The notes below the pieces were generated by a model. It saw only the letters and a program-made list of their open reading frames with translations, searched no databases and was not told the origin of the DNA. This document shows positions 24,135 to 36,576 of a stretch of DNA of 64,000 nt, in pieces (within the stretch, counting starts at the first letter, position 1; each line of letters opens with the position of its first letter). The DNA comes from Neoechinorhynchus agilis. Its lineage: Eukaryota > Animalia > Acanthocephala. The stretch spans positions 10,369,480 through 10,433,479 of the forward strand of contig CM121342.1 in assembly GCA_051530055.1 (NCBI GenBank), given 5' to 3'. The position numbers and the translations under genes were made by a program.

Positions 24135-26997
24135 ATGGCTCGTTCATCTGTACCCTTGTCGGATTTAAGAATAGAACGAATAAAGAAAGTAGTAATCGTG
24201 TTGGATATCTACAATACTTCTATGTGCCCTTTAACGAGTACTTTACCGGTTGCTTTATGGCCTGTTGCCAGTAAACCTCTTATTGTTCATTCATTGGATC
24301 AACTAATGCGATCCGGTCTTCGAAATATAATTTTAGTTTGCACTAGATACATGGATGAGATAAAGGGTGTAATAGACAACGCTGGGTTTATTTCAAAACT
24401 GATGCGGATTGATTATGTATTGGCTGGAAACGCTCGTAATGTCGGAGATGCTCTCCGTGAGCTTGACACTCGTGGCGCTCTAGGAACCGATTCATTTCTT
24501 CTATTCGACACTCCTTTCATAAGCAACGCAGTGTTCGATTGTGTGTTCGATGACTTTCACTGCCGCGTAAAGGATAAAAATGCAATTGGTCTTGTCTATT
24601 TAGCCAGCGGTCAACATAAATACCTGAACGAATCATCATCGATATCCGTAAAAATGAGTTCAATTACTAAAGACGACGGTAAAGGGTCAGGAGGCATATT
24701 AGGGAAACTGAGACGATTCGATCATCGTGGTCAATGGTCGGAAAGTGGCACTGATGAAGTTTCCGTTGAGTATCGTGATTTAGATGAACATTGATCGTGT
24801 GCGTGCCTTTCGATATGCATCATAATCAGTGTTTTAACCGAATGCCACATAACCTTTTGTACTCCTCAATTCTTATCCATGTTTTCCGATAATTTCGATT
24901 ATGAAACCCTCAGCGATGCCGTCCGAGGAACACTCGGCGATGAGCAAATCAGTCAGTATCTTCTTTTTGCTCGTATTGTATCAAATGAATTTGTACATTT
25001 AACCATAACGGACGTTTCATCGTACCTGCAATCTTGTATTCAGACTGTGAGCAATATGCCAATGCGGCTTAGCCGGAATGGGCAAGTGTGGACAACATGG
25101 GCTCTTTTGACCACGAGGTCATTTAAAGCAGTATTGGGAACTGGAGTTTGAGTTTTGGATATTTATAATTTAGGATATCGAACGACCTGTAGGTTTCGAC
25201 ACTTTGAGCGCAAAAATTGCAGCACTCAAAACAAAAGCATCGGGTCTGATATTGACGAGTTCATAAAAAAATCGAAAATGGCTCAATCGCCACAAACCAG
25301 AAAAGTTACTGACCAAAGTGTCCTTTAATACAAAGCCGATGATATTCCGAAAAACTTGCCTATTTCACAATAATTTATGTTCGGTTAACGAGATATTTAA
25401 AAGCGCTACAGCGATTTTATTAAGACTTTTATGCATCGTAGTCTCCTTACTCATCAAGTCGATTCGCTTTCCTGCGGAATTACAGAGGAAGTTAAGCGAC
25501 TGCCGTTAAATTGAGCACATACATTTTTTAGAAGTATAACTTTTATTATTTTTCATTGCCAATTTACGACTATTACCAACCTCATTTTACTCAATGGCAA
25601 TTATTAACGGTCAAATTTTGTCTGGACACTCGCTGATAGTTTGTGTAACCTCGTTCAATTTCTTAGTTGATGCCGATCATTATGACTCGAAAATTTTTTG
25701 GCAATAGTAATAAACATGATCATAAAATCTCGCGAGGCTGACAATTACCAAAATGCTTGACTTTAAATAATCTAGGCTGGCGAGTAAATCGTCAAATCGT
25801 TGTATTTTCACCCTATCAACAATTATTGATTAATCCGAATTATTTGTTTGAATGTTTTATTCTTTTTGATTGCGAGAATTGAAAACCTACATTTCTAATC
25901 ACCAAACTCCAGTCTATGAAAGGAATCAAGATGAGAGGATCAGTCTACGTTGGCGACGATTCTCATGTGCGTGGAAATGTGTTCAATAGCGCCATTGCAG
26001 ATCGTTGTATTTTGTCGGATTCAGTTAGTTTGATTGAATGCGTTTTATGGTCGGGAGTCATTCTCGAACCGGAAAAGGGATCTGGCTTAAAATTAGAAAA
26101 ATGCGTTATTGGAAACGACGTCGTAATTCGATCCTCCATGATAGCCGATCACCTTTTCATTTGTCCCAGAGTGCGTACATGCGCAACGGATTAAGATTTT
26201 CTTTTTTCTGACAAAAACTTAATCTGGATGCTAATATTGAACCGGGATGTATCATTCCTTCCCACAGCCTCGTTGTTCCTTCAGAGAAAACGGGAATTGT
26301 CGTCTACGATACGCGAATTGGTTCCCAGCAGGTGCGGATTTCGATTGACAATACCGTATTGTTCAATAGAGACGGGTTCTCGATGTGGGGCAAAGCATTA
26401 GAGGAATCTGATTACGGAGTCGATACCGATCAAGAAGATACTACCGATTCTGTCGATGAAACAGAGCCCGAATTAGGCCAATCCCTACAGGCATTCGAGA
26501 TCCACCAAACGATATATCGAGCATTTCTCGAAGAACTTCCAGACGACCAGCTAGTTCTTGAAATCAACGGAATCAAATTAGCTTTTAATTTGGTTATTCA
26601 AGAGATTATTGAACAAAGCGTGGATAGCTGTCTAGGAATAATCCAAGCTACTCTTGAAAAACAGCACGATTTTGTTAACGCCGTCGCTCGAAAGTTTCCG
26701 TTCGTGTTTATGAAAGCCTACGTTAACGATTGTCAAACTATGATCGAATTCATTGAGGCGTTTGAAATTAGTTCTCTTAGAAATGAACTTGTTTTACAGC
26801 GGGCACCTGAACTAATGATGCTGTTTTATGAAAACGATCTTGTGGATGAAAATGCAATTGTCGATTATTACGCCCAACCACGTTTAAGTGAGCAAAAATG
26901 CATCGAACGGAAATATCGAAAAGATAGACTGCATTTATTGAGAACAGCGATAAAACCGTTTCTAGAATGGCTGCAAAATGCCGACATCGAGGATTAA
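24135..26997 (+). CDS. EIF2B5: Translation initiation factor eIF2B subunit epsilon (multi-exon; middle exons uncertain)
   Basis: N-terminal nucleotidyltransferase-like domain (PLTSTLPVALWPVASKPLI; ECHITFCTPQ..FSDNFDYET), left-handed beta-helix repeats (SVYVGDDS..NSAIADRC) and a C-terminal W2 domain (QLVLEINGIKLAFN; KPFLEWLQNADIED*). Confidence 0.88.
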
Positions 26998-27074
26998 ACA
27001 TGTGTTGAAAAATTAAGTGTCGGGACAGCGTGGCTCAGTGTTTCATTCATCTTAATTCTATCAACTTTTCGCCG

Positions 27075-27372
27075 ACAAAAAATTTCAATTTCTTTGTGGC
27101 GTCAAATTTTATCGGGTTTTTACTCCCAATTTGACATTCATGACTATGCAATCACCATTATTTGATGACGTCACCCATTTTGTTCATTCAATGCTTTAAC
27201 CAACAAAAAGGTTAATATTTTTTTGTTGCGTCAAATTTTGTCGGGTTTTAACTCTCAATTTGACATTCATGACTATGCAATCACCATTTTTGGATGACGT
27301 CACTTATTTTGTTCATTCAATGCTTTAGCCAACAAAAAGATTAATATTTTTTGTTTCGTCAAATTTTATCGT
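27075..27372. repeat. Tandem duplication, ~129 bp unit, ~2.3 copies
   Basis: gtcaaatttt recurs at ~27101, ~27230 and ~27358. Each full unit contains a TGACGTCA. Confidence 0.85.
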
Positions 27373-27647
27373 ATTTTTATTTCTACTCCGACTAAATCAG
27401 AGATTTCGCACCCGTGTTGATTGCGTCCAGTACCCATCAAGATGAAATCCACGAGCTTCTGCTTCTCCGCTTCTAGTATAAACTTGCTAGTCGGAGCACA
27501 GCTCCTAACGTTAGAAAGAAAAACTCTCCAAGTTCCAATCGTTTAAAAATAAGATGTTAGCTAAAGATAAAAACCTGCATGATCACAAAATTTAACCCCA
27601 TAATCAACAATGCGTCAAAATAGTAAGGGTTCAGATCAACGAAAAAA

Positions 27648-30600
27648 TTCGAAGAAAAATTCGAGTAAAAGCTTAATCGATTGATCTCAATTACAGTGAT
27701 TATTAGAGTTACCGCTTGGTTTATGCAGTACAACGAGGCAATGCTGCCAGCGTGATAGCGACCGCCGAGGAAGGAACAAAGCTCCAATTTCACGGACGGT
27801 GGTTATTGCACGTTTTGTGCTTTATTATTAACGGTGGAATGATTTGACCGTTTCCTAAAATAAACTCGTCTCCCTAGAAAAAGGTACGAATGCCACTTCA
27901 AAAATATGCCTTAATCTTAGACGAAAAACTAATCCAATTTATACTTTTAGTGACCATACAAACCCGGCCATAACCAATTTGAATTATTTGAGATATTTAG
28001 AAGGAAGTAACCTCGCCTTATCATTGTTTTCGAAGAAAAATTCGAGTAAAAGCTTTCTACTGATCTCAATTATAGTGATTATTCAAGTTACCGCTTGGTT
28101 TATGCAGTACAACGAGGCAATGCTGCCAGCGTGATAGCGACCGCCGAAGAAAGAACAATGCTCCAATTCTACGGACGGTGGTGATTGCACGTTTTTTGCT
28201 TTATTATTAACTGTAGAATGATTTGACCGTTTCCTAAAATAAGCTCGTCTCCCTAGAAAAAGGTACGAATGCCACTTCAAAAATATGCCGTAATCTTAGA
28301 AAAAAACTAATCCAATTTATAGTCTCAGTGACCATACAAACCCGGCCATAACCAATTTGATTTATTTGAGATATTTAGAAGGAAGTAACCTCGCCTTATC
28401 ATTGTTTTCGAAGAAAAATTCGAGTAAAAGCTTAATCGATTGATCTCAATTATAGTGATTATTCAAGTTACCGCTTGGTTTATGCAGTACAACGAGGCAA
28501 TGCTGCCAGCGTGATAGCAGCCGCGAGGAAGAGACAATGCTCCAATTCTACGGACTGTGGTGATTGCACGTTTTTGCTTTATTATTAACTGTAGAATGAT
28601 TTGACCGTTTCCTAAAATAAACTCGTCTCCCTATAAAAAGGTACAGATACCACTTCAAAAATATGCTTAATCTTAGACGAGAAACTAATCCAATTTATAC
28701 TTTTAGTGACCATACAAACCCGGCCATAACCAGTTTGAATTATTTGAAATATTTCGAAGGAAGTAACCACGCCTTATCATTGTTTTCCGAAGAAAAATTC
28801 GATGAAAGCAATCGATTGATCCCAATGATAGTGATTATTCAAGTAACCGCTTCGTTTATGCAGTACAACGAGGCAATGCTGCCAGCGTGATAGCGACGGT
28901 CGAGGAAGGAACAAAGCTCCAACTTTACGGACGTTGGTTATTACACGTTTTTTTGCTTTATTATTAACTGTAGAATGATTTGACCGTTTCCTAAAATAAA
29001 CTCGTCTCCCTAGAAAAAGGTACGAATGTCAATTCAAAAATATGTCTTAATCTAGCGACATTTAATGAATTACAGCCTCTATAAGTTTTCTATTTGGTTA
29101 CTTTTCTTTACATTCACCACCTCCCACCAAATTCCAGCTTTTGTCCTTCCTCGACCGTCGCCATCACGCTGGCAGCATTGCCCCGTTGTACTGCCAGCGA
29201 GATATTTTGTCGAAGAAATAAGCCTGCTCTTGAGTCTCCGGTTGCCTCTCTCAATTTCTTCGAGAGATCCTTGAGCAGAGAGAGTGCCGAGCTGCCGAGC
29301 GCTCCATACGTCTCTACCCCAAAGGGGACAAAATAGTGAGCCCTCGATGGCTGCATATATTTTCGTACCTTCCTCCCTTCCGCTGCACTGGCGGCACCAC
29401 CGGCGATTTCGAGGGAGTAGGGGATGTTGCTGGCTGCGAGGGTGTCCACACACGTGGCGTCCCAGAGAAGGCATTTGCCCTCCCGCCACGGGAAGACCGA
29501 AATTCCATCGGGCCTACGGCCGTCTAGTCTGCAGAGGTGGGCGGGTTCCAGGATGTTCGGGAAGTTCGCCGTTCTCAACGCCCGAGAAATTGCGTTATTG
29601 ATTTCAGAATGGCGTGAAAACCTTCCTGCTGACCTTCTGCAGACGAGACCGTGTCGCCCGAAAGCATCAACCAAAGACCCACATCGACAGCGATGGGGCG
29701 TGCATATCGGGAGACCGAGTCTTAAGGATACTGCGATCCTCGTCACCTCGTCAGTAAGAAGAGTTCCCACAGATGCCAGAGGAACAGCCTCCAACCACGC
29801 CCCAGATTCTCGTGTTGAAACTGCCAACAGTCTAGCTCGGACGACCCCATCGCGAGAACCTGAAAGAAGAGGCTGTGAGCTCTCGCGACAAGAGGTCCGT
29901 CCCAGATCGACTGTCTGAGGCCATTCACGGGAACTTGGTTAGCGCCTGTCTGCTGGCACCATTCCTCAACCGCCACCACGAAATCCCGGTCAAGACAAAA
30001 CTTTTCTTTCAAAATGTTCTTCGAGACTGGTAGGCTCCCCTCAAACGATCCAAGAAAGGCCGGCAAAGCAAGGTCGACTAGTGCCCGAATTACCAATCCC
30101 CCAGATGACACAGGCAAAGAAGCTTGTCGCCACGCCTCATCTGAGAGCTGGACATTTAAAATACGCTCGAGGCAAGCCCTCACCTTATTGTCCAGCTTTG
30201 CCAATCCTTCTTTGTGTTTGAAAAATGTTGCTGTGCGAACAATGAATTACAGCCTCTATAAGTTTTCTATTTGGTTACTTTTCTTTACATTCACCACCTC
30301 CCACCAAATTCCAGCTGACCGTTTCCTAAAATAAACTCGTCTCCCTATAAAAAGGTACGAATGCCACTTCAAAAATATGTCTTAATCTTAGACGAGAAAC
30401 TAATCCAATTTATACTTTTAGTGACCATACAAACCCGGCCATAACCAATTTGAATTATTTGAAATATTTCGAAGGAAGTAACCACGCCTTATCATTGTTT
30501 TCGAAGAAAAATTCGAGTAAAGGCTTAATCGATTGATCCCAATGATAGTGATTATTCAAGTAACCGCTTCGTTTATGCAGTACAACGAGGCAATGCTGCC

Positions 30601-33600
30601 AGCGTGATAGCGACGGTCGAGGAAGGAACAAAGCTCCAACTTTACGGACGTTGGTTATTACACGTTTTTTTGCTTTATTATTAACTGTAGAATGATTTGA
30701 CCGTTTCCTAAAATAAACTCGTCTCCCTATAAAAAGGTACGAATGCCACTTCAAAAATATGTCTTAATCTTAGAAAAAAAACTAATCCAATTTATAGTCT
30801 CAGTGACCATACAAACCCGGCCATAACCAATTTGAATTATTTGAGATATTTCGAAGAAAGTAACCTCGCCTTATCATTTTTTTCGAAGAAAAATTCGAGT
30901 AAAGGCTTAATCGATTGATCCCAATGATAGTGATTATTCAAGTTACCGCTTCGTTTATGCAGTACGACGAGGCAATGCTGCCGGCGTGATAGGGACGGAC
31001 GAGGAAGGAACAATGCTCCAATTCTACGGACGTTGGTTATTGCACGTTTTTTTGCTTTATTATTAACTGTAGAATGATTTGACCGTTTCCTAAAATAAAC
31101 TCGTCTCCCTATAAAAAGGTACGAATGCCACTTCAAAAATATGTCTTAATCTTAGACGAAAAACTAATCCAATTTATACTTTTAGTGACCATACAAACCC
31201 AGCCATAACCAATTTGAATTATTTGAGATATTTCGAAGAAAGTAACCTCGCCTTATCATTTTTTTCGAAGAAAAATTCGAGTAAAAGCTTAATCTACTGA
31301 TCTCAATTATAGTGATTATTCAAGTTACCGCTTCGTTTATGCAGTACAACGACGCAATGCTGCCAGCGTGATAGCGACAGCCAAGGAAAGAACAAAGCTC
31401 CAATTTTACGGACGGTGGTGATTGCACGTTTTGTGCTTTATTATTAACGTAAGAATGATTTGACCGTTTCCTAAAATAAACTCGTCTCCCTAGAAAAAGG
31501 TACGAATGCCACTTCAAAAATATGCCTTAATCTTAGACGAAAAACTAATCCAATTTATACTTTTAGTGACCATACAAACCCGTCCATAACCAATTTGAAT
31601 TATTTGAGATATTTAGAAGGAAGTAACCTCGCCTTATCATTGTTCTCGAAGAAAAATTCGAGTAAAAGCTTAATCGATTGATCTCAATTATAGTGATTAT
31701 TCAAGTTACCGCTTGGTTTATGCAGTACAACGAGGCAATGCTGCCAGCGTGATAGCGACAGCCAAGGAAAGAACAAAGCTCCAATTTTACGGACGGTGGT
31801 TATTGCACGTTTTTTTTCTTTATTATTAACGGTGGAATGATTTGACCGTTTCCTAAAATAAACTCGTCTCCCTAGAAAAAGGTACGAATGCAACTTCAAA
31901 AATATGCCTTAATCTTAGACGAAAAACTAATCCAATTTATACTTTTAGTGACCATACAAACCCGTCCATAACCAATTTGAATTATTTGAGATATTTAGAA
32001 GGAAGTAACCTCGCCTTATCATTGTTCTCGAAGAAAAATTCGAGTAAAAGCTCAATCGATTGATCTCAATGATAGTGATTATTCAAGCTACCGCTTCGTT
32101 TATGCATTACAACGAGGCAATGCTGCCAGCGTGATAGCGACGGTCGAGGAAGGAACAAAGCTCCAACTTTACGGACGTTGGTTATTGCACGTTTTTTGCT
32201 TTATTATTAACTGTAGAATGATTTGACCGTTTCCTAAAATAAACTCGTCTCCCAAGAAAAAGGTACGAATGCCACTTCAAAAATATGTCTTAATCTTAGA
32301 CGAAAAACTAATCCAATTTATACTTTTAGTGACGCTACAAACCCGTCCATAACCAATTTGAATTATTTGAGATATTTAGAAAGGAAGTAACCTCGCCTTA
32401 TCATTTTTTTCGAAGAAAAATTCGAGTAAAAGCTTAATCGATTGATCTCAATTATAGTGATTATTCAAGTTACCGCTTGGTTTATGCAGTACAACGAGGC
32501 AATGCTGCTAGCGTGATAGCGACAGCCAAGGAAAGAACAAAGCTCCAATTCTACGGACGGTGGTGATTGCACGTTTTTTGCTTTATTATTAACTGTAGAA
32601 TGATTTGACCGTTTCCTAAAATAAGCTCGTCTCCCTAGAAAAAGGTACGAATGCCACTTCAAAAATATGCCTTAATCTTAGAAAAAAACTAATCCAATTT
32701 ATAGTCTCAGTGACCATACAAACCCGGTCATAACCAATTATAATTATTTGAGATATTTAGAAGGAAGTAACCTCGCCTTATCATTGTTTTCGAATAAAAA
32801 TTCGAGTAAAGGCTTAATCGATTGATCCCAATGATAGTGATTATTCAAGTTACCGCTTCGTTTATGCAGTACAACGAGGCAATGCTGCCAGCGTGATAGC
32901 GACAGCCAAGGAAAGAACAAAGCTCCAATTTTACGGACGTTGGTTATTGCACGTTTTTTTGCTTTATTATTAACTGTAGAATGATTTGACCGTTTCCTAA
33001 AATAAACTCGTCTCCCTAGAAAAAGGTACGAATGTCAATTCAAAAATATGTCTTAATCTTAGACGAAAAACTAATCCAATTTATACTTTTAGTGACCATA
33101 CAAACCCGGCCATAACCAATTTGAATTATTTGAGATATTTCGAAGGAAGTAACCACGGCTCATCATTGTTCTCGAAGAAAAATTCGAGTAAAAGCTCAAT
33201 CGATTGATCTCAATTATAGTGATTATTCAAGTTACCGCTTGGTTTATGCAGTACGACGAGGCAATGCTGCCAGCGTGATAGCGACAGCCAAGGAAAGAAC
33301 AAAGCTCCGATTTCACGGACGGTGGTTATTGCACGTTTTGTGCTTTATTATTAACGGTGGAATGATTTGACCGTTTCCTAAAATAAACTCGTCTCCCTAT
33401 AAAAAGGTACGAATGCCACTTCAAAAATATGTCTTAATCTTAGAAAAAAAACTAATCCAATTTATAGTCTCAGTGACCATACAAACCCGGCCATAACCAA
33501 TTTGAATTATTTGTGATATTTCGAAGGAAGTAACCACGGCTCATCATTGTTTTCGAAGAAAAATTCGAGTAAAAGCTTAATCGATTGATCTCAATTATAG

Positions 33601-35110
33601 TGATTATTCAAGTTACCGCTTGGTTTATGCAGTACAACGAGGCAATGCTGCCAGCGTGATAGCGACCGCCGAGGAAGGAACAATGCTCCAATTCTACGGA
33701 CTGTGGTGATTGCACGTTTTGTGCTTTATTATTAACGGTGGAATGATTTGACCGTTTCCTAAAATAAACTCGTCTCCCTATAAAAAAGTGCGAATGCCTT
33801 GCCTTCAAAAATATGCCTTAATCTTAGAAAAAAAACTAATCCAATTTATAGTCTCAGTGACCATACAAACCCGGCCATAACCAATTTGATTTATTTGAGA
33901 TATTTCGAAGGAAGTAACCACGGCTCATCATTGTTCTCGAAGAAGAATTCGAGAGTAAACTCAATCGATTGATCTCAATTATAGTGATTATTCAAGTTAC
34001 CGCTTGGTTTATGCAGTACGACGAGGCAATGCTGCCAGCGTGATAGCGACAGCCAAGGAAAGAACAAAGCTCCGATTTCACGGACGGTGGTTATTGCACG
34101 TTTTGTGCTTTATTATTAACGGTGGAATGATTTGACCGTTTCCTAAAATAAACTCGTCTCCCTATAAAAAGGTACGAATGCCACTTCAAAAATATGTCTT
34201 AATCTTAGACGAGAAACTAATCCAATTTATACTTTTAGTGACCATACAAACCCGTCCATAACCAATTTGAATTATTTGAGATATTTCGAAGGAAGTAACC
34301 ACGGCTCATCATTGTTTTCGAAGAAAAATTCGAGTAAAAGCTTAATCGATTGATCTCAATTATAGTGATTATTCAAGTTACCGCTTGGTTTATGCAGTAC
34401 AACGAGGCAATGCTGCCAGCGTGATAGCGACCGCCGAGGAAGGAACAATGCTCCAACTTTACGGACGTTGGTTATTGCACGTTTTTTTGCTTTATTATTA
34501 ACTGTAGAATGATTTGACCGTTTCCTAAAATAAACTCGTCTCCCTAGAAAAAGGTACGAATGTCAATTCAAAAATATGTCTTAATCTTAGACGAAAAACT
34601 AATCCAATTTATACTTTTAGTGACCATACAAACCCGGCCATAACCAATTTGAATTATTTGAGATATTTCGAAGGAAGTAACCACGGCTCATCATTGTTTT
34701 CGAAGAAAATTCGAGTAAAGCTTAATCGATTGATCTCAATTATAGTGATTATTCAAGTTACCGCTTGGTTTATGCAGTACAACGAGGCAATGCTGCCAGC
34801 GTGATAGCGACCGCCGAGGAAGGAACAATGCTCCAATTCTACGGACGGTGGTGATTGCACGTTTTTTTGCTTTATTATTAACTGTAGAATGATTGACCGT
34901 TTCCTAAAATAAACTCGTCTCCCTAGAAAAAGGTACGAATGCCACTTCAAAAATATGCCTTAATCTTAGAAAAAAAACTAATCCAATTTATACTTTTAGT
35001 GACCATACAAACCCGGCCATAAATATTTTGAATTATTTGAGATATTTCGAAGGAAGTAACCTCGCCTTATCATTGTTATCGAAGAAAAAGCTTACTCGAT
35101 TGGTCTCGAA
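27648..35110. repeat. Satellite array of ~382 bp monomers (~16 copies), interrupted at 29054-30316
   Basis: The unit recurs about every 382 bp (gcagtacaacgaggcaatgctgccagcgtgatagcgac...gaccgtttcctaaaataaactcgtctccc...) with only SNP or indel variation and no unique spacers. Confidence 0.97.
29064..30316 (-). mobile_element. 5'-truncated CRE-type (RLE) non-LTR retrotransposon inserted in the satellite
   Basis: Post-RT region (QASLPVSSGGL), CRCG..GRHGLVC..RHSEINN knuckle, RPDG..PW..GKCLLWDATCVDTLA endonuclease and AVQRGNAASV terminus. One frameshift between the two ORFs. 76-bp direct repeats at the ends. Confidence 0.92.
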
Positions 35111-35454
35111 TAAATCAAATATGACCGAATGAATACTCACTGAGAGCTTACATTGATTACCCGAATGATTTTCTTTGTGGACCTCCGGTATGTTGTCCAT
35201 CTAAAACCACGGCTTCTTCCATACTTTCTGCCCGACCACAGCTGCCTCTCTGCCTGTTTGCTGCTGCTGACAACGCCGCTTTGTGTGTGTGTGGGTGCGG
35301 CGCGTGTGGTGTAGATAGAACGAGAAGCGCGTGCAGTACGTGTCTCGCGCGCGCGCGAAAGGGGCTTACTTTGAGAGCAGCGACAAGCTTCACACCTCCT
35401 ACACTAAAGCCTTCTCACCGCACCCAACTACATATTCTCTCGCTCTCTCTCTAG

Positions 35455-36213
35455 ATGGATACAAACGAATCTACCGGAGCAGGACAGCAACGTAGGACCC
35501 ACAAACCCAAGGGCCGGATGTCTGCTTATACGTTCTTCCTTCAGACCTGTAGAGAAGAATTCCGGAAATCGAATCCAGAACAACCTCTTAGATTCACGGA
35601 CTTCTCTAAAGAATGCTCAAGCAAATGGAGGCAACTAAGCGAACAGGACAAAACCAAGTTCTTTGATATGGCCAATCGAGACAAAATCAGATATGAACGA
35701 GAAATGGACTCGTACGCTCCACCGCCGCCGTCAACAACAACAGCGACCAATTTAAACATAAATGATAATGAAACAAAACGAAAACGAAAAAAGGATCCAA
35801 ACGCACCCAAAAGACCTTTATCTGCTTTCTTCATCTTCTGCTCTGATCAAAGGACTAAAGTCAAAGAAAAACATCCAGAATTCTCTGTGGCAGATATTAG
35901 CAAACATTTAGGCACCGTTTGGGCCACTATGACTGATGAAGACAAAAAACAGTATTATCAACGAAATCAGACGGAAAAAGAACGGTATCAGGCACAAATG
36001 CTCGAGTATAATGCAAACATAACAGCTACTAAAAGAAGTCGACCACCGGCGGCTGCATCGGCGGCGATGGTGGTTGTTGATCAAGTCACTGGTAGTGATT
36101 TAATCATGATGCAACAACAGCAGCAAGCGATGATGTTCAACCCGGACGGAGGACATAATGTTATCCAGCAACCCAATGAACCATCGTCAGACTATAGACG
36201 AAGGGCCATGTAG
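35455..36213 (+). CDS. Double HMG-box protein, HMGB/DSP1-like, intronless
   Basis: KPKGRMSAY..CREE box A and KDPNAPKRPLSAFFIFC box B. The tail is Ala/Gln-rich rather than acidic. Confidence 0.95.
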   Translation: MDTNESTGAGQQRRTHKPKGRMSAYTFFLQTCREEFRKSNPEQPLRFTDFSKECSSKWRQLSEQDKTKFFDMANRDKIRYEREMDSYAPPPPSTTTATNLNINDNETKRKRKKDPNAPKRPLSAFFIFCSDQRTKVKEKHPEFSVADISKHLGTVWATMTDEDKKQYYQRNQTEKERYQAQMLEYNANITATKRSRPPAAASAAMVVVDQVTGSDLIMMQQQQQAMMFNPDGGHNVIQQPNEPSSDYRRRAM

Positions 36214-36576
36214 TAAAGAAGACGTCATCGATTCATGTTGTACATATACCAAAAAGTGTCAGTAATGCGAATTCATCATCCAAAACGCTGCTGAAGCTGA
36301 TTTAAGGAGACGACAAATCTAGCATTACAATATGATCGACCGCTTCTGGTTCTCTCTCAATCTACTCATCCATTTACACACACAAATATAAGGCCAGCGC
36401 TTAATTCTAAGATTGGAGTTGGGCATACAGGGCTGGAATTGCTTTTTTTTGCAAATATTTATTATAGAGTTCAAAAATAATGTCGCAAAAAAAGCCTACG
36501 GAATTCGCCGTCTCGTGCTTTACGTCATAAAGTTTTTAAACAAATTCCCGCGTGGAAACGAACACGGAGAAAAATG

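Noticed and set aside
27400-27545. Minus-strand IGTW-like APE endonuclease start
   Set aside because: Too short and degenerate to support a feature call.
28440-28830. Unusually variant monomers as a distinct subfamily
   Set aside because: The differences are scattered small indels and swaps typical of low-coverage long-read consensus.
28083-34950. Repeated small ORFs (MKWHSYLFLGRR...) as a peptide gene family
   Set aside because: They open and close with homopolymer length and single variants, and they are antisense to the CRE-derived frame. They are by-products of the repeat.
27648-35110. CRISPR array
   Set aside because: Whole monomers repeat with no unique spacers, there are no cas genes, and the context is eukaryotic.
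27648-35110. Spliced-leader, 5S or snRNA gene array (tempting because CRE/SLACS elements target SL arrays)
   Set aside because: I found no convincing SL exon plus GT donor plus Sm site, and no 5S or tRNA internal promoter boxes. Much of the monomer is explained by TE fragments. A covariance-model search was not run, so this is not fully excluded.
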